From contig NC_073379.1 of the NCBI RefSeq assembly GCF_028641065.1, positions 33,046,001 through 33,110,000 of the forward strand: a stretch of DNA of 64,000 bases. Direction: 5' to 3'. Position numbers and translations under genes: made by a program. Position 1 is the stretch's first letter. The number at the start of each line of letters is the position of its first letter. The notes beneath the pieces are model-generated. The model saw nothing but the letters and a program-made list of their open reading frames with translations. It searched no databases and had not been told where the DNA came from. Of the stretch, positions 37,698 to 50,365 are shown piece by piece. The stretch comes from Leucoraja erinacea (taxonomy: Eukaryota).

Positions 37698-39939
37698 TTA
37701 CTGTAAGTGTGCACATGTTGAGAATTAAGATTCTATTATAGACTGAGTGTTCCAGTGAAACCTGGTTTGTTACAAAACAGTAATGTGTGTGATTCTCCAA
37801 TCCAACAGGATCATGCTGTGCTGTTCATTTGAACTTTGTCCTTTTTTGGAAATCTAATACTGTACCCCCCTGTTGCTTTTCACATGGCAGCGATAATTGA
37901 AAGTGAGTGGAGCGTTGCCAATGTGGTTATTAACTGCTGTGAAAAATGTTATCCATTTTGGTAGTTAAGCGCCGCTGTTCATCATGAAATCTAGTTGGCA
38001 CAGTTGTCTATTCAATAACATAATGCATGATGACGGATCCAGCACTGACAAAGTTAAAACTGCTGCAAGAGTGCTTAGATCCTACCTGCTTAATTGGCAT
38101 TGACCAAACCTAGAGTTGGGCCAATGTCCTCAATGGAGATAGTTTTGTTGAACTACTTAAATATTAGTGATGCTGACATTTGCAAATAATACTCAATATG
38201 CATGGTTTAACGGTACCACTCAATACTCATCTCTGTTCAGGGAGCAAAAGGTGATTAGTGTTTCTCCTATTTATGGCACAGGCATCACAAATTGCTCCGA
38301 GAACTCTTCCTGACTGCGCTGCATGACTTTGCTTAATTCTTTTTACTGCATATCCAGCACAATTATCAACAATGCTGCTTTATTCTTCGGAATACCAGGT
38401 TTGAGAAGAAGCCGGTTACTTCAATAACAAACTACCATTCTGTGTCTGAGATTGGAATTCATGCTGACCCATATCCCAGGACAATTGAGTCTTACAACCA
38501 CCAGGTTTGCTGTCAGAGGATGCGGTAACTATATTCATTTGGTCAGAGCCAGCTTGAAATTTGCATAATCCAAATAATTTAGAAAATTGTATTGTAATTT
38601 ACAGGCAAATATGTTATGTAGTAAAGATAGACTCAACATGCTGGAGTTACTCAGCGGGACAGGTAGCATCTCTTCTGCTCTGCAGTTCCTTCATACACAT
38701 GTTGTGTAGTGTATTTTATGCATTGCACTCAGTTTTTTAAATGTGTTTCTATCAACTTTTCGGAGCAGATTTCAAATGGCAATGTCACTGGATCACACAG
38801 CTGGTGAGCATTGCAGAGGATGCATTTCTACCCCAGACCTCCCCTTCTCTTTGTGGATGCTGTTCAATTGGCAGTTTCACACCAGAGTCAACATTTCCAC
38901 TGTGCAGGATAAAGCACAAAATGTGTCCCTCCCTAAAAGTGTAAATTAGGACCAGAATAAAATCTTATTTGATCTAGTACCATACTATTACGAAGTGTGA
39001 TTATATTGGTGTTGGGAGTCTTAAAATGCCCAACAGTAATTGCAGCACCTCTCAGCAGGTGCATTGTTCTTCACCATCTGAACTTCATGAAGTTAAGATG
39101 AACCTGTGATGGTATTGGAATGAGAGTTGTAGAACTCAACAATACTGAAAAACTGTCCACAGACGTTTAGGAAGGGCAATTTCTTAGATTAACCTGGATT
39201 CTATTTTAAAACTGATCTCAATTTTGTCAGGATAAATAAAATCTCCATAGTTGCATTAATCGACAGGTTTCATACAGGAGAGGTCTATGTGCTTTGAAAA
39301 CTCAGCAGCAAAAGGCTAACTCTAATGTTGTCTGAATTACATCTGAATAACCAAAGTTTGTGTCTTCCAAACCTAATTAATATCAAACTTCACCTGTGAT
39401 TATGCGCAAATAGAAAACGAGTACTAATAGCAGGTGTCTGCAGCAAAGTGAGATGTAGCTTAGAGCCACATCATAATATAATCACTCCTTGTTTTATTGA
39501 ATGCCAATCAATGTAGAGGGTTTTGGTATATTATTGTCACGTGTACCGAGGTACAGTGAAAGGCATTGTTTTGCAGGCTATCCAATCAGATCAGATAATA
39601 CTATACATAAATAAAATTGTCAAACACAAATGCAATGGATAGGGCAAAAGGGGGTGCAGAATATGTGATTATGTTTCCCGAAGCTGTGAAGTGTAGATGG
39701 AATCAATGATGGGAAGTCTGGTCTGTGATGTACTGGGCTACATATATTACCCTCTGCAATTTCTTGTGGTCTTGTGCAGAGCTGTGAGCTGGCTGTTATT
39801 AAGTGGAGCCCATTGCATGTCCATATTGTGTGGTTATACAGTGATAGATCTGGGAGTAGGCCATTCAGCCGCTTGTGTCTGTTTTGCTATTCAGTAATGT
39901 CATGGCTGACACTTTATTGCACTGACCACATAGAACCTA

Positions 39940-40900
39940 CAGCAAGGAACAGCACACCGCAGAAACAGACATTTGGCCAATGATGCTTGTGTGGAACATG
40001 ATGCCAAATTAAACTAATGCCTTCTACGTGCAGGTGACCCGTAGCCCTCATTTCCTGCACATTCATTTGCCTATCTAAAAGTCTCTTAAATGCCACTATC
40101 GTATCTGCTTTCACCATGATTTTTGGCAGTGTTCCAAGCACCCACCACCCAGAAAACAACATACTGCTCATCTTCTTTAAACCTTTTCCCTCTTACCTCA
40201 AAGCTACATCACTTATATTTGGCGTTCCACCCTGAGAAATTAATTTGGATTGTTTCCCCAATCTAAGCCTTTCACAGTTTTATAAACTTCCATCAGGTCT
40301 CTCTTCAAGTGAGGAGAGTTTAAAGAAGCCAAGATTATCCAGCCCCTCCTTATAACCAATAGCTTCAAATTCAAACAGCATTCTGGTAAACCTCTACTGT
40401 ACCCCCTCCAACGCCTCCATGTGCTTCCTGTAATGGAACAACCAGAACTGCACACGATTCTCTAAACGTGGCCAAAGCAAACTTTTATAAAGCTACAATA
40501 TCACTTACTGACTCTTAAACTCAATGCTCTGGTCATTCACACACCTTGTTACCACTCTATCTGTTGCTACTGTCAGGGAGTAATGGACTTCAACAAGATC
40601 CAAGATCCTTCTGTTCCTCAGTGCTATTAATGTTCCTGCGATTACTGTAACTCGATTGTCACATTCAAAGTGCAAAATTTGACACTTGCCCTCTTGTTTT
40701 TAAAGTATATATAAAATGCCTGAAAGATTCTCTTCAATCCTATTTAGCAAGGACGTTCCATGTCCTCTTTTGGCCCACCAAATTCCTTACTTGTTCTTTC
40801 CTGATTTCTTTATATTCCTTGAAGGAACTGTCTGATTTTATTTTCCTAAATCTTACATATGTTTCTTTTGCCTTTTTGACTGAATTGACTCACTGCCTCT
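39940..40900 (-). mobile_element. degenerate CR1 LINE 3' part
   Basis: GTACCCCCTCCAACGCCTCC..CCTGTAATGG..ACCAGAACTGCACAC is the reverse of CVQFW..YRK..EALEGVQ; tail near 39940-40130. Confidence 0.75.
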
Positions 40901-41279
40901 CTCTTTTATCCTTGCAGTAATGAAACCCACTGACAGATTTACCCGTTACAATCTGTCAACATGTGCGGGATTTTTGTGTTTCGATATGCACTCATAGAGT
41001 TCATAGACATTGGCCACCAAGAGAACTACTGTAGGACTACTGGCATTTCTTAACCAGCTTTAGCTGCCTATTCTTGTCATCCAAAGATGCAAAATCTAGT
41101 AATCCAATTTACACTCCCGTTTTCCTGGAGTCCTGTGGTGGCGAAGCAGGAATGTCATGGTATTTGTTAAATATAATGAAGACGGTTTGTGTGAACAGGA
41201 ACAGTCCCATATGTAAATATTCCAGAAACAAATGAGGCCTGTTTGCAGATCAGGGCAGTAAACACAACAATATCACTGG

Positions 41280-41575
41280 TTATAGCCTCAGAATTAAAGG
41301 GCATTCCTTTAGAAAGGAGATGAGGAACAATTTATTTAGTTTGAGAGTGGTGAATCTGTGAATTAATTGCCACAGAAGGGTGTGGAGGCCAAGTCAATGG
41401 ATATTTTTAAGACAGAGATAGATAGATTTGTGATTGGTACAAGGTTCAGGGGTTATGGGGAGAAGGCAGGAGAATTTGGTTCAGAGGGGAAGACGGATCT
41501 GCCATGATTGAATGACGGTGTAGACTTGATGGGTCGAATGGCCTAATTCTGCTCCAATCACTTATGAATATGAAT
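41280..41575 (+). mobile_element. CR1 3' fragment
   Basis: TAGCCTCAGAATTAAAGGG..GTGGTGAATCTGTG..GGGGTTATGGGGAGAAGGCAGGAGAAT..GAATGGCCTAATTCTGCTCC. Confidence 0.82.
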
Positions 41576-42788
41576 ATGTCACCCAAATATTGTGGTTATG
41601 GACAGGTGCCAAAGTTTCCTGTCATGTGGTTTACATTCATTGATACACAAAAAAAGTGCTTCTGGGTTTTGATCTAAAAGCAAAAATTCTTCAATTTTCA
41701 TTTAACCCACCTCTAAACATATCAAAAAATAAATTCAACACTGCATTCCTGGTTCATGGACTGTGCAACGCTTCCATTTTAATTATATGCGCTTGACCTC
41801 CTTGAAGTTGTTGTGGGTATTAACAGTGCCAGGTGTGCTCTTGTTCCACTTATGTCCATTAATGTGCATGATCTTTCAGTGTAACAGTGGCAGGAATAGG
41901 CAAAACACTAAGGTAATTATGGATAACTGTCTGTTGAGAGGACATCTGGGTAGCAGATGTCATTAGTATGAAAATCTGGAGTGAATGTTTGGCAATGAAG
42001 CCTTTTACAATCAAAGTTGTTCGCCATCGCATAAGCCTTCACCGTGCAGATTGCCATGATAATAGTCACTAAATAATCCCTTGGAATGACATATGCAACT
42101 TCCAGCATTGCAGAGCTCAATAAAATAGTAACTTCAGACCACTCAACAAAGCCAGGAAAATGATCTAATCCTATGTGTTTGTGTCCATCAATATGCATTT
42201 TATCGGCCATTGTGTGTACTTGGGGGAGTTATTGGGGTGGGTGTGTGATTTGCAGGGGAAAGAGAGAGAGAGGGAGAGGGTGTGTGTATGATGTGTGTGT
42301 GTCCATGAATGTACATGTATGCTAAATCTCCAGCCATTTTGGACCTCTCGTCATTGGACCAAGACCACACTCAGTCATGCTTGAGTGGTAGGTGGATTGC
42401 AACATCCACTCTATGTAACACATAGACATCTTCCACTCTCAGAAGTAGAGAGACTGCAAGTCATTCGCAACACCACAGAACTGCCTAAGAAGATCATGAT
42501 AATTCTGCAATATATTAGGCAGTATATATTTTGGGAACTGTAATTCATCAGTAAGATAAATTCACTCAATTAATGGGTGCTGTTAATTTATGATTTCATT
42601 TGTGTGTGGCATTTCGCTCAATAAATATATAATTAAGTGCTCAATCAGTCCCAAATGTCAGTCATAGCTTAATGATAGCAGACCTACGCAGAATTAGAAG
42701 GGATGAGGTTTCAAGTCTCAGGCCAAAGACTGGGCATTACAATGCCATAGAGAGAAACTGCTGCACGTTAGGAAGTGATACAGAGTTA

Positions 42789-43765
42789 AGGGCCTGTCCC
42801 ACTTAGGCGATTCATCAGCAGACTGCCGGTGACTGTCAAGTTCGCAGCACTCGTCTGAAAAGCCCGGTCAGCAAAGGCGATTAATTAAAACTACCTGCAA
42901 CTACCTCGACTACCCATAACTACAACTGGAGTATTGCGTACAGTTTTGGTCCCCAAATCTGAGGAAGGACATTATTGCCATAGAGGGAGTACAGAGAAGG
43001 TTCACCAGACTGATTCCTGGGATGTCAGGACTTTCATATGAAGAAAGACTGGATAGACTCGGCTTATACTCGCTAGAATTTAGGAGATTGAGGGGGGATC
43101 TTATAGAAACTTACAAAATTCTTAAGGGGTTGGACAGGCTAGATGCAGGAAGATTGTTCCCGATGTTGGGAAAGTCCAGGACAAGGGGTCACAGCTTAAG
43201 GATAAGGGGGGAAATCCTTTAAGGCTGAGATGAGAAAAACATTTTTCACACAGAGAGTGGTGAATCTCTGGAACTCTCTGCCACAGAGGGTAGTTGAAGC
43301 CAGTTCATTGGCTATATTTAAGAGGGAGTTAGATGTGGCCCTTGTGGCTAAAGGGATCAGGGGGCATGGAGAGAAGGCAGTTACAGGATACTGAGTTGGA
43401 TGATCAGCCATGATCATATTGAATGGCGGTGCAGGCTCGAAGGGCCGAATGGCCTACTTCTGCACCTATTTTCTATGTATCTATGTACATGGCGACCCCA
43501 CTACAACTGCACCTACGACTACAGGATTATCGATTTTCTCCATGGCGACCAATTTTTGGTCGCAGAAAAATGTTCAAAATGCTGAAAAATTTGCGGCAAC
43601 CATACTGAGGCCACGACTAGGTCCCAGAATGCGGGAATTACTTGCGGCCATGAAGGAGACACACCAGAGACCATCAGCGAACATGTGGCGACTATGTGGC
43701 AATCATGATGCGAGCACAGAGTCTCCTGCACTTGCCTAAAAAGTTGCCTAAGTGGGACAGGCCCT
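42789..43765. mobile_element. PIF/Harbinger-like MITE with nested CR1
   Basis: TIR AGGGCCTGTCCCACTTAGGC / GCCTAAGTGGGACAGGCCCT; TTA and TAA flanks; same family as 62799-63578 in the opposite orientation. Confidence 0.87.
42926..43486 (+). mobile_element. young CR1 3' fragment nested in the MITE
   Basis: ORF 43022-43222 (SYEERLDRLGLYSLEFRRLRGDLIETYK); inserted at TACAACT|ACATGGC, which is contiguous in the 62799 copy. Confidence 0.94.
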
Positions 43766-45287
43766 TAACTCTAAAGCAAACCTCCCGATTAAAGGGTCCT
43801 TGAGCTGTGTTTTGAAGAACAGCTACATTTCCGCACATTTGGGATTGATATTTATCACTGGATTTTGCTGTTTATTTGACTGTTTTTTTTACAGTGTTAT
43901 CCCATATTAGCAGCAAAATTAGAAAGCAAAGCATACTCATTCCAGCACAGAGGTTCTGGACTGAGTTTGGATAGCATCCCTCAGGAAGAAACAGCTGTTG
44001 CTTAGTCATTAACTTATGGCTGTGTGCAATTTAATTGACTCCTTATATTTGTGATCATACTTTAGAAAATATCTCATCAAGCCTGAAATACATCAGTAGA
44101 TTGACGTGATGAAAACAATTGTAGGTGCAAGTTATTTTATCATTAAGTGGTTAAGACTAATGTAGATCAGAAGTATTAGGACAAAGAAAGTCGTCAGATG
44201 TTTATGGCTCTTCTAACTGGAAAGATATGAATCCCATGCATTGTTTTTTCGTTGGTTATGTTAAAATAAAATGGATATTCTTGCCATTTTTAATGGCGTT
44301 TTTACCTCCACTATTCTTTCACACAATGATTTCCAGATTCCTCCCCCAATAACTTTGGGCAGTTTCTCAATTCCCCTCTAATCATTCTATTATCTTAAAT
44401 ATATGCCCCTTTGTCATTGACCACTAGGCTGTGAAAATTAAAATATTTCTGTTTATTCTGTTTCGACCTTCCTTAAATCTCTCTTCAGCTCTTTGTTTCC
44501 AGAGAAAATATGAATCTTTACTCACAACAAACCTTTATGGAAATATCTTTGCAAACCCCCTTTGCACCCTCTCCTGTGCTATTAAATCATGCAATGTGAA
44601 GAAAACTGCAGATACTGTTCCAACTGTGGTCTAAAACGGTGGTAGCATGCCTGCCTTGACCTATAGTTTGCCTCAAAGTCAGGACAGAAGACATCAATAT
44701 CCCTTCTCAGACATTTTATCTACTTGCCCTGCCATCTTCAGGAATTTTAGAACTTGTACCCCTGGTTCTGTCTGCACTCAACATTTATTCTGATTATCCT
44801 AGAGTCAGAGAACATAGAATCAGACCCTTCTGTATCAGTTCCATGCTGACTATCAAGTAACTTATACTTTCCCATTTACTGGCACTTGATTAATAGCCTT
44901 CTACTCATTGACAAGAATAAAATTGAGAGAATATTTGCCTCCACCAACCATTAAGGTAGTTCATGCTGGATTCCAACCACCAGTGGATGGAAAATTATCT
45001 TCCTCAGATCCCCGTTAAATCTCTTGCCCTACACCCATGTCCTCTAGTATTAGATGCCATTGCTATGGGGAAACATTTCTAACTATCAACCTTTGTATGA
45101 ACTCGCCCTTTTTCTTGCTTGTTTACCCTCCTCCCAACCAGATAGCCCCAAGTTTCTTCGAACTCTCTACCAATTGACCGCTCTAAGGTACCTGGGCCAG
45201 GGGACATTGTAACATAGCACCTGTTTTAGGAAAGAGACAAAGTATCCACAAATCAATGATATCTGCTACAGAAAAAAATTGTGATTT

Positions 45288-45460
45288 AGAAACATAGACA
45301 CATGGAAAAATAGGTGCAGGAATAGGCCATTCGGCCGTTCGAGCCAGCACCACCATTCAATATGATCATGGCTGATCATCTAAAATCAGTACTCCGTTCC
45401 TGCTTTTTCCCCATATCCCTTGATTCCTTTTGCCCTAAGAGCTAAATCTAACTCTTTCTT
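45288..45460 (-). mobile_element. CR1 3' tail
   Basis: TAGGTGCAGGAATAGGCCATTCGGCC..ATGATCATGGCTGATCATC..CCCCATATCCCTTGATTCC. Confidence 0.88.
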
Positions 45461-45984
45461 GCATTGTGATTTTGCAGTTGGCATCATTGAGTTTAGGTCT
45501 GTTACCAAGCTCAGCCAAAGAGCCAGACATTGTACACTGCTCTATCGCTAATGTCAGCTGGTCAGCTCTCCGAAGTAACTGCTCAGTGTTACAGTATTCT
45601 GCCAACTTTTGGCTGAGAAGCTGAGCAACAAAAGGACCAGCGGCTCCAATTTGAAACCAGGTGCACTAATTTTATGGCCGCAGATAATTATGCTAATGAG
45701 TTTGACTGTGAGCATCTGTTGTTTGAACCTTTTCCATTGCGCCCTGGTCAATAAAATACTAAATTTAAATCTCAATCCAAGGAGAAGCCGCGTTCTCAGG
45801 AACGGCCTGATAATGATAATGCCAAGGAGCGAGAGCTAACGAGGCATGAAAGGAAAGCTAAATACCTCTGTCTCTTTATGTAGGTCCATGATTGCATGAA
45901 ATTGTGAATACATATTTTACCTGTTTCATCTCTCCACTTAATCTATTGTTATTATTGTTTTTATGGATGAGTCAATGGTTTAGA

Positions 45985-46282
45985 GTTCAGTTTAGTTTGT
46001 AGTTTAGAGATACAGCGTGGAAACAGACCCTTCGGCCCACCGTCCAGCAATCCCCACCTACTAGCAGTATTCTACACACAATTTACACTTATACCAAACC
46101 AATCAACCTACAAACCTGTATGTCTTTGGAGTGTGGGAAAAAACTGAATATCCACGCAGTCACGGGGAGAACGTACAAACTCCGTCCAGACAGCACCCAT
46201 AGTCGGGATCGAACCCGGCTTGCTGCCTTACACCTGCAAGCGCTGTAAGGCAGCAAATCTACCGCTGTGCCACCATGCCACC
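45985..46282 (-). mobile_element. tRNA-derived SINE (HE1-like)
   Basis: minus strand TGGCACAGCGG (A box), GGTTCGATCCC (B box), GGAGTTTGTACGTTCTCCCCGTGAC domain, (AAACT)n tail. Confidence 0.85.
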
Positions 46283-47344
46283 CTATAGAGTTGTACAGCA
46301 CGTAAACAAGCCTTTCAGCTCAACGTATATACCAGCTATCAAGAATTTACACTCTTCTAACATTAATCACATCCCCCCCCCCCCACATTCCTGTCAACTA
46401 TTACAAATTTGACCACTCACCTACGCACACTATGGGTGGCACAGTGCAGACAGAGGGGCTGCTGCCCCAGCATCAGAGACCAGGGTTCAATCCTGACCTG
46501 ACCTGTCTGATCCTGTCTGGTGGAGCATATTCTCCCTGTGATGCGTGTTGTTTTGGCCGGATTTGCATATTCTCCCTGTGGATGGATGTGTATGTTTTAG
46601 TGCGCCGAAACATAGAAATTAGGTGCAGGAGGTTTCGAGCCCACCGCCACATGATGCGTTCATATCAGTACCTGTTCTCTCCATGACCCGCATAAAATTG
46701 CCACATCTAACTCCCTCTTAATGCGGCCTAAGGAAGAGGATTCCAGAGAAAGTGTGAAAAAAAAGTATCTCGGTTCTAAAGATAGAATTAGTGCGAACAT
46801 CGGGAACAATCTTCCTGCATGATCAAGAATTTTGCCGGTTGCAACTCAGTAGGTCCGAAGACGCCTCTTTCCATGCACAATCTCAATGTACTAATTTAAA
46901 CTAACTGAGGCAATTTCCAGCAGACCCTCAATGAATTAGCTGATACTCAAATAAAAGTCTTGTTTCTTTAATGTACCTTGGAATGCTGCAAGGAATGACA
47001 CCCAGGTCTCGCTGCATCTCCCCCTTTCCCAATCGTGAAGATGAGTGCAAAAATGGATAGGTTTGCCAAACATTTGCCAGTCACCCAGCCTACAGCTCTT
47101 TCAAAGAGCATGGCGCATGATAATTGCCGGTGTCAACTCAGGTTGCTCAAGTTATACTAAACTAAACTGAGCATGTGACTAAATGGTCTTTGACCAAGGA
47201 AGGAATCGGTTATGTAACTCGCAGAGATGACATGTTTACAGGAGAATGAGTAAAGCACGAGCATTAAAGTTAATTATGATATATGATGAATGCATTTCAC
47301 CCACTGATGTATATTCTCCTGGCCTTGGCTCCATATCTTGTGGA

Positions 47345-47645
47345 TTTAGACTTCGGAGATACACCACAGAAGCAGGCTCTTCAGCCCACCAAGTCTGCAC
47401 CGACCAGCAGTCACTCTGCACATTAACACTATCTTCCACACTCCAGACAATTTTACATTATATACCAAAGCCAAATAACCTACAAACCTATAGGTCTTTG
47501 GAGTGTGGGAGGGCACCCAAATAAAATCCATGCAGTCACAGGGAGAATGTACAAACTCCATACAGACAGCACCTATAGTCAGGATCCAACATAGATCTCT
47601 GGCACTGTAATGCAGCAATTCTACCGCTGCACCATGGTGCCCACC
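47345..47645 (-). mobile_element. tRNA-derived SINE (HE1-like)
   Basis: minus strand GGTGCAGCGGTAGA..GGTGCTGTCTGTATGGAGTTTGTACATTCTCCCTGTGAC..GGGCTGAAGAGCCTG. Confidence 0.82.
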
Positions 47646-49432
47646 ATATTTTTTGTTAAACATCTGTAAAATAATGGAAAATGAGAAGCAGAGAATCTTA
47701 TTGGTTAACAGCAGATCATTCACCCATCCAGTCTGTGTTGTTGTTTTACAAAGTGGAATCTATTTCCATTCGTTCTTCCTATTCCTAAACTTTTGTCTCC
47801 TGCAGGTATGCATCTACAGTATTTCTGTTTAAAAACTGCTATTGACTCTATTTACAGCATCCTGCCATGCAGTACTTTCTAAATGCTAACGATCCATTCT
47901 GGGGACAAGAAACTCCCTAGTTATGTCCGGTTTATTTTGCCAATCACTTTGAACCTATCTCTTTTGGTTTCATTAACTTCCAGAAATGGAAATAGTTTCC
48001 CTTTATTTACTTTATCTAAAGCACTTTATTGTTTTGATCAGCTCTGCCTCATCTCCTCCAAGCCTTCTCTTCTGTGTGGAGGTAAAGTACTTTTCAATCA
48101 TGCTATCCTGCATCACAAAATCTCTCATGTAGAATCTCAAAATCTATTGTCATTTCTAAATGATGAAGTCTGGAATTATATACAATGTGCTCCAGCAAGA
48201 GTTAAACAGTTTTTAAATAGTTTTAACATAACTTTCTATCCACCAGAAATTGTTTTACTTTTATTGGTGTTAAAACAAAGTTCAGGCACACCATAACAAT
48301 GTTTGTGAAAATTGCATAAAGGACAAGATCTTTCTCATTCCAAAAACATTGCTGTTCAATTCCTCTGCATAAAGCCACACTTGGTTAGTTTCAGAGCAAT
48401 GTTCTCCATTGATCCGTTGCACCATTCAGCATTCATCCGTACTGATGTATTTTATGGTGCTCTTAAAGGACATTGCACAATGCAAACAATACTCTTCCAG
48501 TGAAGGACAAGAAGCTGCAAAGATAGAATGTAGGACACAGTGGCAACAGTTCAGCTGGAGAAGAATAGCACCAGTTGAATGCATGTTTATAGTGTGAGAG
48601 GCCACAAAGACTCTCCATAGTTACATCCAGTTGCTCCTGGCAGGAGCTTGTCAAAGAGGTCATGAGAAGGAAATGAATACAGTTGATCAATGCCTATATC
48701 AGAGAAACCCGCATTGTAGACAAATGTCTGTGCTCATTCTATCCACTGCTGTGGGAAAGTCAATGGTGTCTCCTAGACAATGATCATTTGTAATGCAGCA
48801 TTCAGCAGCAAACTGAAAGGTATGGCATTGATCCTGAGACTAGGAAACAGAAAGTGACTGTGCTCCTGAATTCCAAAGCAGTCATGACATGTGAGGTCGT
48901 TTTGGGGATGGAGGAGGTCACAGGTTTCAGTAAAGGCAAAGGTTACAGTTTGTATGTTGGTTGTTATAGAGAATGGTCTCAGGGGAAATTGAGTTATTGT
49001 GTGAGTGAGGTTGAAAATCTGGAGACAGATTTTGCAAAAAAACACTGCTATTGATGTTACTTGGGGAAGTTTAAAGCCATTATAATCATGCTGAGAAGAT
49101 TGACTAACATCCAAAACGGTTAGGTGTTGAATTGTACCCTGGGGCTGAGATACCATGAACATTGCTCTGTTCTGAGTTGTGCTAATGAATATCTTGGTCC
49201 ATGACTCTAATTTGAAATGCTGGGAGATACCTTTATTAACTGATTTATCCCTTCAAATGCCTTACACACAAAGATGCTGAATATTCTCTATTTCTGTATT
49301 TGATTTAAAATTATATAATTCAGCTTGTATTCTCTCTCCACATCCTTCCAGTAACATGTATTAACTCTCATTTTTCAGCACTGTTGTATAGAATCCCATG
49401 TATTCAACTATTTCACCAAAGTGTCTGTGTAC

Positions 49433-49757
49433 TATAGACAATAGACAATAGTTTCAGGAGTAGGCTATTCGGCCCTTTGAGCCAGCATCGCCATTCATAG
49501 TGATCATGGTTGATCATCCACAATCAGAACCTTGTTCCTCCTGCCTTCTCCCCATATCCCCTGACTCCACTATCTTTAAGAGCTCTATCTAATTCTCTCT
49601 TGAAAGCATCCACAGAATTGGCCTCCACTGCCTGAAAATTCAGGCAGAAAATTCCACAGATTCACAACCCTCTGTGTGAAAAAGTTTTTCCTTATCTCCG
49701 TTCTCAATGGCTTACCCCTTATTCTTAAACTGTGGCCCCTGGTTCTAGACTCCCCAA
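49433..49757 (-). mobile_element. CR1 3' fragment
   Basis: ATAGACAATAGACAATAG..GGAGTAGGCTATTCGGCCC..TTCCACAGATTCACAAC..GTGGCCCCTGGTTCTAGACTCCCC. Confidence 0.9.
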
Positions 49758-49859
49758 ATGGAATCTACGACAACCTTTCCAACGGTTCATTGCTCTTTCA
49801 GTTTATTTTCTAAATAGGTTTTGAACTTGTTCTCTCTGCCCCATTAGAAATGCACCCCT

Positions 49860-50365
49860 GATCTCCCGGTTGTTCACCTTCGCTCAGTTCACCTGGACCT
49901 AACTTATCTCCTGGTTGCTAAATACTTGAATTCTGCTTCCCATTCACACACTGACCTTGCTGCCCTTGGTCTCCTCCATTGTCAGAGTGAGGCTAAACGC
50001 AAATTGGAGGAACAGCATCTCATATTTCGCTTGGGCAGCTTACAGCCCAGTGGTAGGAATATTGATTTTTCTAATTTCAAGTAACCCCAGCATTCCCTCT
50101 CTCTCCATCCCTCCCCCACCCTGGGTCACGCCTGCTTCTCGTTTTCACCCAATAAACAGCTAACAATGGCCTGTTTCCTTAATCATCGTTACTTTATTGC
50201 ATATCTTTCATTCATTGTTTTTTATCCCTCCACGTCACTGTCTTTATCTTTCGTTTCCCTTTCCCCTGACTAGTCCGAAGAAGAGTCTTGATCCAAGACA
50301 TCACCCATTCCTTCTCCAGAGATGCTGCCTGTCCCACTGAGTCATTCCAGCTTTTTGTGTATATC
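49860..50365 (+). mobile_element. Penelope-like element 3' end (GIY-YIG C-terminus plus pLTR)
   Basis: reads VAKYLNSASHSHTDLAALGLLHCQSEAKRKLEEQHLIFRLGSLQPSGRNIDFSNFK*, then the pLTR ending GAGATGCTGCCTGTCCCACTGAG..CCAGC. Confidence 0.85.

Larger units (their letters stand above)
42660..44140 (+). mobile_element. possible ancient Deu-domain SINE (SacSINE1-like) split by the MITE
   Basis: head TAGCTTAATG..GAAGG..GGTTTCAAGTC..CTGCTGCAC and tail GCTGTGTGCAATTT..GTGATGAAA..TGCAAGT resemble recalled Deu-SINE consensus; heavily diverged. Confidence 0.35.

Noticed and set aside
40886-40998. Strong-looking splice acceptor (TGACTCAC..CTCTCTTTTATCCTTGCAG) suggesting a host exon
   Set aside because: Two frames stop almost immediately, the third stops after about 25 codons with no recognisable protein; it abuts an antisense CR1 remnant
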